Shown here in pieces: positions 46,926-52,135 of a stretch of 52,135 nt of DNA (positions within the stretch are counted from its first letter, which is position 1; the number at the start of each line of letters is the position of its first letter). The notes beneath the pieces are model-generated. The model was not told where the DNA came from. It ran no database searches and saw only the letters and a program-made list of their open reading frames with translations. The stretch is from Gemmatimonadota bacterium (GTDB lineage Bacteria > Gemmatimonadota > Gemmatimonadetes > Gemmatimonadales > GWC2-71-9), in assembly GCA_003221045.1 (NCBI GenBank), contig QHUC01000183.1, forward strand, positions 1 through 52,135. Reading direction: 5' to 3'. The position numbers and the translations under genes were made by a program.

Positions 46926-48149
46926 ATGAAGACGGCTCGGCGGTTAAGCGGTTGGACGGTGGGTGGAATCGTCGTTTTGCTCGCCGTCTACCCGCCTAAC
47001 CGACTAGCCGCCCAGGACTACCGCGCCCGAGCCATCGCGATCCTCCGCTCTGTTCCCCTCATCGACGGCCACAACGACATCCCGGACGCCATCCGGGGAC
47101 GCGGCGGCCTCGATTCCGTGAATTTCGCGGTCAACCAGCCGAAGCTCATGTCGGACATTCCCAAGCTTCGTGCGGGAGCGGTGGGCGCGCAGTTCTGGGC
47201 GGCATACGTTCCCGTCACCACGCTCGATTCCGGCCCGCATCCAGCGGTGTACGCGCTCGAGCAGATCGACCTGATCAAGCGCCTGTGCGCGAAGTATTCG
47301 GGCGACCTGGCGATGGCGTACAGCGCGGCGGACGTAGAGCGCAACTTCAAGAGAGGCAAGATCTCGTGCCTAATCGGCATCGAGGGGGGGCACGCGATCG
47401 AGAATTCGCTCGGCGTCCTGCGGATGGTCGCGGCGCTCGGCGTGCGCTATATCACGCTGACCCACTGGCGGAGTCTCGCGTGGGCGACGGCCTCAACCGA
47501 CAGCGCGCGTACGGGCCTCTCGGCGTTCGGTCGGGAGGTCGTGCGAGAGATGAACCGGCTCGGCCTCCTCGTCGACCTTTCGCACGTCAACGACGTCACG
47601 ATGTCGGACGCACTGCACACGACGCGGGCTCCCGTCATCTTCTCGCATTCTTCGGCACGTGCCCTCACGAACCACACGCGGGACGTGCCAGACTCGATCC
47701 TCAGGCTGGTGCCGGCGAACGGGGGCGTCGTGATGGTGAACTTCAATCCCGGATTCGTGTCCGAAGCGGTGCGGGTGAACGAGGACAGTATGGCCGCGCG
47801 CTCCCGGGCGCTGCGTGCCGCGGGCGTTGACACCGGGACGATCGCGGATTCGGTCAGGGTGTGGACGGCGCGCGGCCCGAAGGCGACGTTGCAACAGGTC
47901 GCCGACCACATCGACCACATCCGCTCCGTGGCCGGCATCGATCACGTGGGGCTGGGATCGGACTTCGATGGGATCACCGAGGTGCCGGTCGGGCTCGAGG
48001 ATGTGTCGAAGTTTCCGGATTTGATCGCGGAGCTGTTGAAGAGGGGATGGAGTGAGGAAGACGTCAGGAAGGTTGCCGGACTGAATGCGCTCCGTGTCTT
48101 GCGAGCTGCAGAGCGCGTAGCAACAGAGATGAGGAAAGGCAAAGGCTAG
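46926..48149 (+). CDS. membrane (renal-type) dipeptidase, peptidase M19
   Basis: In-frame ATG at 46926. Signal/anchor segment WTVGGIVVLLAVY. Motifs: IDGHNDIPDAIR, GIEGGHAIE, DLSHV, FSHSSARAL, GLGSDFDG. Confidence 0.9.
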   Translation: MKTARRLSGWTVGGIVVLLAVYPPNRLAAQDYRARAIAILRSVPLIDGHNDIPDAIRGRGGLDSVNFAVNQPKLMSDIPKLRAGAVGAQFWAAYVPVTTLDSGPHPAVYALEQIDLIKRLCAKYSGDLAMAYSAADVERNFKRGKISCLIGIEGGHAIENSLGVLRMVAALGVRYITLTHWRSLAWATASTDSARTGLSAFGREVVREMNRLGLLVDLSHVNDVTMSDALHTTRAPVIFSHSSARALTNHTRDVPDSILRLVPANGGVVMVNFNPGFVSEAVRVNEDSMAARSRALRAAGVDTGTIADSVRVWTARGPKATLQQVADHIDHIRSVAGIDHVGLGSDFDGITEVPVGLEDVSKFPDLIAELLKRGWSEEDVRKVAGLNALRVLRAAERVATEMRKGKG

Positions 48150-48178
48150 TCTGTTCACCCCTGTGCGTCTGCGCGTCT
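48150..48178. repeat. repeat copy B (TCTGTTCACCCCTGTGCGTCTGCGCGTCT)
   Basis: 27/29 identical to 27652-27680. It begins 1 nt after the dipeptidase stop and encodes the last 7 codons plus the stop of the convergent GT2 gene. Confidence 0.8.
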
Positions 48179-49588
48179 AGCTTTTGCACCTCCTGCAGCC
48201 TCGAACCCTGTTCGAGTCATCTCTCCCCAGACGTGTTGGTACCTCCACACCGTAAAGAATGCTTTCAACCGCCACCACACGGTCCGCTGGCGATATCCGA
48301 AGTTCTCAAGCGTCGCGAACGCGACCAGGCGGAGTAAATCTCCCAACCGACGATAGCGGCGAAAGCTCGCCTCCTCGAGCACCACGGCCCAGAGCGACAG
48401 CAGCATGCCGTACCCCCACGCGACGAGCATGAACAACAGGGCGAAGCCGACGTTGACGACGCCGAGCGCGAGGCCGGCCACCGTGATCACGTATCCCAGC
48501 ACCTCGACGAGCGGCGCGAGCGCCTCGCCGAACGTGTAGAACGGAACGGCGATCAGGCCGACCCGCCCGTAGCGAGGATTGAACAGCATGGTCTTGTAGG
48601 TCCACATGGCCGCGAGCAGACCGCGATGCCACCGCTCGCGCTGGCGTGCGAGCACCTTCCCGGACTCCGGCACCTCCGTCCAGGCGACCGGGTCGGGAAT
48701 GAAGGGCATCTCGTACCGCACGCGTCGCTGCAACAAGTAGCGATGCAGCCGCACGACGAGATCGAGGTCTTCCACCACACTGGCCGTGCGGTAGCCGTGG
48801 ATGGCGAGCACGTCCTCCTTGCGGAACAGCCCGAACGCGCCCGAGATGATGAGGTTCCCCCCCAGGCGATTCCATCCGAGACGGCCGAACAGGAACGCGC
48901 GGAGGTACTCGACCACCTGGACGCCGGGGAGGAAGCGGCGCGGCACCCGGGCGTCGGTCACGCGCCCGTGCTCCACGGTGCAGCTATTCGCCACTCGAAC
49001 CGTCCCTCCGACGGCGGCGATGTGGCGGCCCAGCAGGAACGGGCGCGTGAGCCGCAGGAGCGCGTCCGGCTCGATCAGGGTGTCGGCGTCCACGGCGATC
49101 ACGAGCGGGAAGCGGCTGGCGTTGATCGCGGCGTTCAGTGAGTCGGCCTTCCCCCCGTTCTCCTTGTCGAGCACCACGAGGCGCGTGCGGCTGCGCGACC
49201 GGTATACGCCTCTGAGCGGACGGGTGGCGATCCCTTCGGGATAGGTCCGGGGCACTTCGTACAGGTCGAACGCCTCCCGCAGCCGGTCGAGCGTGTCGTC
49301 CTTGGAGCCGTCGTTCACCACGATCACTTCGAAGTTGCGGTACTCGAGCGTGAGGATGGCGGTGACGCTCGCTTCGATCGTCGCGCGCTCGTTGTACGCG
49401 GGCACGAGGAGCGAGATGGGCGGCAGCGCATCGCTCTGCATGAGCCGTTGGAAATCGTCGTCCTCGGCGAGGCGCGTCTGCTCCCAGATCTCGGGGATCG
49501 AAAGAATCAGGAGGAGGGCATAGAACGAGTTGAGCGCCAGGAAGTAGACGAGGATCACGTAACCGCCGCCGCCGATCAGCTCCCTCAC
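48155..49588 (-). CDS. processive family-2 glycosyltransferase (PgaC/IcaA/NodC/BcsA-class polysaccharide synthase)
   Basis: The GTG at 49588 overlaps the upstream TGA (GTGA). N-terminal TM, motifs LLVPAYNERATIE, VVNDGSKDDT, AVDADT, SVVEDLDL, QRERWHRG (QxxRW), and 3-4 C-terminal TM helices. Confidence 0.85.
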   Translation of the reverse strand: MRELIGGGGYVILVYFLALNSFYALLLILSIPEIWEQTRLAEDDDFQRLMQSDALPPISLLVPAYNERATIEASVTAILTLEYRNFEVIVVNDGSKDDTLDRLREAFDLYEVPRTYPEGIATRPLRGVYRSRSRTRLVVLDKENGGKADSLNAAINASRFPLVIAVDADTLIEPDALLRLTRPFLLGRHIAAVGGTVRVANSCTVEHGRVTDARVPRRFLPGVQVVEYLRAFLFGRLGWNRLGGNLIISGAFGLFRKEDVLAIHGYRTASVVEDLDLVVRLHRYLLQRRVRYEMPFIPDPVAWTEVPESGKVLARQRERWHRGLLAAMWTYKTMLFNPRYGRVGLIAVPFYTFGEALAPLVEVLGYVITVAGLALGVVNVGFALLFMLVAWGYGMLLSLWAVVLEEASFRRYRRLGDLLRLVAFATLENFGYRQRTVWWRLKAFFTVWRYQHVWGEMTRTGFEAAGGAKARRADAQG

Positions 49589-50646
49589 GCGGCGTACTCC
49601 GCCAACGCCTGCGGCGAGAGGCCGAGGACGAGGCGCGCCATATCGCGTGCGGACTGGTCGGGCCCGTGCTCGTCTTGCAGCAGCGCGTCTCGACCCACGC
49701 CCCCGAAGCGGGTGAGCGCGAGGGCTGCCCGGATTCGCACCCACCACTCGGGATCGCGGAGCGCGGCCCGAACGAGGGGCAGGGTGGCTCGATCGGCGAT
49801 CATGCCGAGCGAGCGCACCGCCTGGGCGCGCACGGCCCAGGCCTCGTCACGGACCAGCCGGGTGAGGATGGCGATTGACGCCGGGTGCGGGAATGCGCCG
49901 ACTCCGCGCGCCGCTTGGACGCGGACTTCAGGATCGGGGTGGGCGCCGAGCGCGGTCAGCGCCTCGCGAAGCGCTGGCTCGTTGAGGCGTCCTGCGAACT
50001 CCGCGAGCCGGGGCAAGGCCGGATCGTCGCTCCGCTGCAGCATCTTGAGGAGCAGCTGCACGACGACCGGACGCGACCGGCGGAGCATACCGGCGTAGTA
50101 GGCGCCGACCGTGGGCGCGAGCCGTGGAAGGCGCTCGAGCGCCGCAGTCGTCAGGGCCGCGCTCTCGACTCGCTCGAGCGTAGCGACGGCGGCGATGTGC
50201 ACGGCGGGGTTCGCGTCATGCAGGAGCTTGAGAACACTGGACGTATCCTCCGGGGTCGCGGCCACCGCAAAGAAGCGCGCGGCCTCGAGCCGCTTCCACC
50301 ACCGCCCGGACACCGCGTTCGACCGCACGATGCGGGCCCACCAATGACCGCGCAACGCGGTGGCGAGCTGCCGCCAGCGATCGCCCGGGACTCGGGCCGA
50401 CCAGCTCACCAGCGCATCCACGGCGAGGGGGATCGGCAAGCGCCCCAGGTGCACCAGCACGCTCCCAAGGTCCGTCGAGCCGAGCGCCCACCGTTGCATG
50501 GCGGAATTGAGCCGGACCACACGCGGATGCACCCGCGCTCTGCGGCGAAGTCGGAACCAACGATTGAGAATGATGAGGATGATGAGAGCGACGAGGAGCG
50601 CGCCCTGTGCGACCGCCACGACAGCGAGAAAGTGACGGCCGGTCAT
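49585..50646 (-). CDS. single-pass membrane protein with HEAT/PBS-lyase-type repeats
   Basis: The ATG at 50646 overlaps the upstream TGA (ATGA). TM segment FLAVVAVAQGALLVALIILIIL. Repeats DPEVRVQAARGVG, DEAWAVRAQAVRSLG, DPEWWVRIRAALAL. Confidence 0.75.
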   Translation of the reverse strand: MTGRHFLAVVAVAQGALLVALIILIILNRWFRLRRRARVHPRVVRLNSAMQRWALGSTDLGSVLVHLGRLPIPLAVDALVSWSARVPGDRWRQLATALRGHWWARIVRSNAVSGRWWKRLEAARFFAVAATPEDTSSVLKLLHDANPAVHIAAVATLERVESAALTTAALERLPRLAPTVGAYYAGMLRRSRPVVVQLLLKMLQRSDDPALPRLAEFAGRLNEPALREALTALGAHPDPEVRVQAARGVGAFPHPASIAILTRLVRDEAWAVRAQAVRSLGMIADRATLPLVRAALRDPEWWVRIRAALALTRFGGVGRDALLQDEHGPDQSARDMARLVLGLSPQALAEYAA

Positions 50647-51437
50647 TTGCCCCCCCCCACCCACCGGCGGATCTTCTCGAGCGCCACGCGCAGGCTGATC
50701 GGCTTGACGAGGTAGTCGAGCGCCCCGGCCTCGAGCCCGCGCAGTTGCTCGCTCTCGTCTCCATGGACCGTGGTAAACACCACGCGGTACGTCCCAGGAC
50801 GCTCGCGCTGGAGCGCGGCGAAAATCGAATACCCATCGAGGGCGGGGAGGTCCACGTCGAGGAGGAGGAGTGGATGCCGCGATCCCGTGTCGAGAGCGAG
50901 CAGGTGATCGAGCGCTTCACGCCCGTTGCGGAACGACGCGAAGTGATAACCGCGGGAGCGCAGGCCATACTCGAGCAGCTCCGCAAGGGCGGGGTCGTCC
51001 TCGACCACCACCACGTCCGGGACGAGCGCGCCTTCCCCCCGCGGCGGCGTCGCCGGGGGGGGGGCGGTCGCGGGGTGGTTGCCGCTCCGTGTGTCGGGGA
51101 CCTCGAGGTTCAGCCCCTCGGCCAGCCGGCCGACGAACCAGTGGGTGAGGGCGCCACGGTCCGCGTCCACGTCGTCGGGCCGGGCGGCCCAGTCCTTGAC
51201 CGTCGCCTCCATTCCGGCCGCGAGGCGCGACACGCCCCAGAACCCGTACGACCCGGCGGACCCGTGGATTTTGTGCGTCTCGCGTCGCAGCGCGTCGAGC
51301 GCCTCGCGGTCGTTGCCGCGGGCGGCCAGGCGATCTGCCAGGTCCGCGAGGAGGCCGAGCTGCTCGCGCATACCTTGCAGGTACTCCTCGAGCAGGCCGG
51401 GGGGCAGCTCGGGAGGTGACGCCGAGTCGTGCATCAT
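50643..51437 (-). CDS. Hpt domain + receiver domain phosphorelay protein (no output domain)
   Basis: Hpt: LRRETHKIHGSAGSYGF. Pro-rich linker. REC: VVVVEDD, LLLLDVDLPALDG, DYLVKP. Confidence 0.85.
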   Translation of the reverse strand: MMHDSASPPELPPGLLEEYLQGMREQLGLLADLADRLAARGNDREALDALRRETHKIHGSAGSYGFWGVSRLAAGMEATVKDWAARPDDVDADRGALTHWFVGRLAEGLNLEVPDTRSGNHPATAPPPATPPRGEGALVPDVVVVEDDPALAELLEYGLRSRGYHFASFRNGREALDHLLALDTGSRHPLLLLDVDLPALDGYSIFAALQRERPGTYRVVFTTVHGDESEQLRGLEAGALDYLVKPISLRVALEKIRRWVGGGK

Positions 51438-51552
51438 GCACCAAGATGGAGAACCGGCCCGTCAAAAGGCCATAGTGGATGGGTTCGGCGTGGTTGCGCG
51501 GGTGTCACCGCGGGCGATATTGCCTGGATCGCGTCGCGAGGAGGACAATCCC

Positions 51553-52135
51553 ATGAAGCGGCCATCGCAATCGTGGATCGCCGACGGCGTAGTGGGTGGA
51601 GTCTTGGCCGGGCTCGTGGTAGCGGTCTGGTTTCTGGTGGTCGACTCCCTCGCTGGCCGGCCCTTTTACACTCCCACCGCGCTCGCCAGCGCGCTCATGC
51701 GGCAGGCGGTCGGCTCCCCAACGCTGCGGCTCGTCGCGGCCTACACCGTCGTGCACTTCGGCGTTTTCGCCCTGCTCGGCACCGCGATGGCTGGTGCGAT
51801 CGCCGCGCTGCGGACACCGCCCCGGTTGCTGCTGGGTGTGCTATTCGGGTTGGTGGCGCAGGAAGTGGCGTTCTACGCGGGCTTGGCGCTTAGCGACGCA
51901 TCCCGGGTCGCCATTGTGCCGTGGCCGCACGTCGTCGCTGCGAACGTGTTGTCGGGGTTCGTCCTCATGAACTACCTGCACCGGGCCGCACGGGATCAAC
52001 ATCCGTTCGGGTGGACGGCTCTCAGGGGTCACCCGCTCCTCACGCAGGGTCTCGTCACCGGCCTGATCGGAGCCGGCGTCGTAGCCCTCTGGTTCCTCGC
52101 GCTCGACGTCGCCGCCGGCCACCCGCTCCGTACAC
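51553..52135 (+). CDS. integral membrane protein, partial (runs off the window), internally duplicated
   Basis: Not in the ORF track because no stop is reached. The ATG at 51553 follows AGGAGG (51539-51544). The frame stays open to the window end with G/C-rich third positions. The motif GVxGGxxAGxVVAxWFLxxDxxAGxP occurs at both ends of the visible part. Confidence 0.55.
   Translation, partial: MKRPSQSWIADGVVGGVLAGLVVAVWFLVVDSLAGRPFYTPTALASALMRQAVGSPTLRLVAAYTVVHFGVFALLGTAMAGAIAALRTPPRLLLGVLFGLVAQEVAFYAGLALSDASRVAIVPWPHVVAANVLSGFVLMNYLHRAARDQHPFGWTALRGHPLLTQGLVTGLIGAGVVALWFLALDVAAGHPLRT

Overview
Very GC-rich bacterial chromosomal segment; third codon positions are almost all G/C. The gene content (Big_2/TolB-like propeller proteins, S9/S41/M19 peptidases, a Hanks-type kinase, many ATGA/GTGA start-stop overlaps) would fit Gemmatimonadota or a similar high-GC lineage, but that is inference only. 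I can support about 46 protein-coding genes, tightly packed on both strands. They include gyrA, leuS, serA plus a class-V aminotransferase, and an argC-argB-argD-short-NAGS operon with an AT-rich ARG-box-like operator. They also include an ECF sigma/anti-sigma/PDZ operon, an MCP, a PAS hybrid kinase, and an S-L-M molybdo-flavoenzyme operon. I found no rRNA, tRNA, CRISPR array, transposase, integrase or phage gene. Many long ORFs in the supplied track are off-frame or antisense GC artefacts, and several true starts are internal to the track ORFs (re-called below). The most interesting candidates are listed here. (1) A translationally chained Hpt-receiver / membrane HEAT-repeat / processive GT2 synthase triad (48.2-51.4 kb), with no c-di-GMP or export partners. 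(2) A molybdoenzyme whose FAD subunit carries a Cys-rich insertion of the 4-hydroxybenzoyl-CoA-reductase type, followed by a ClpP paralogue with Ser-His-Asn instead of Ser-His-Asp. (3) A heme-oxygenase-like di-iron protein translationally coupled to a PAS-PAS hybrid histidine kinase. (4) A 30-bp-arm palindromic element sitting in the argD/NAGS junction, with a 21-nt copy elsewhere. (5) A 29-nt repeat found after two unrelated stop codons. (6) Signs of gene decay: a GGDEF domain missing its catalytic core, a nicotinamidase-like gene missing its Lys segment, and a frameshifted S9 peptidase. All functional calls come from reading motifs by eye; no database search was possible.
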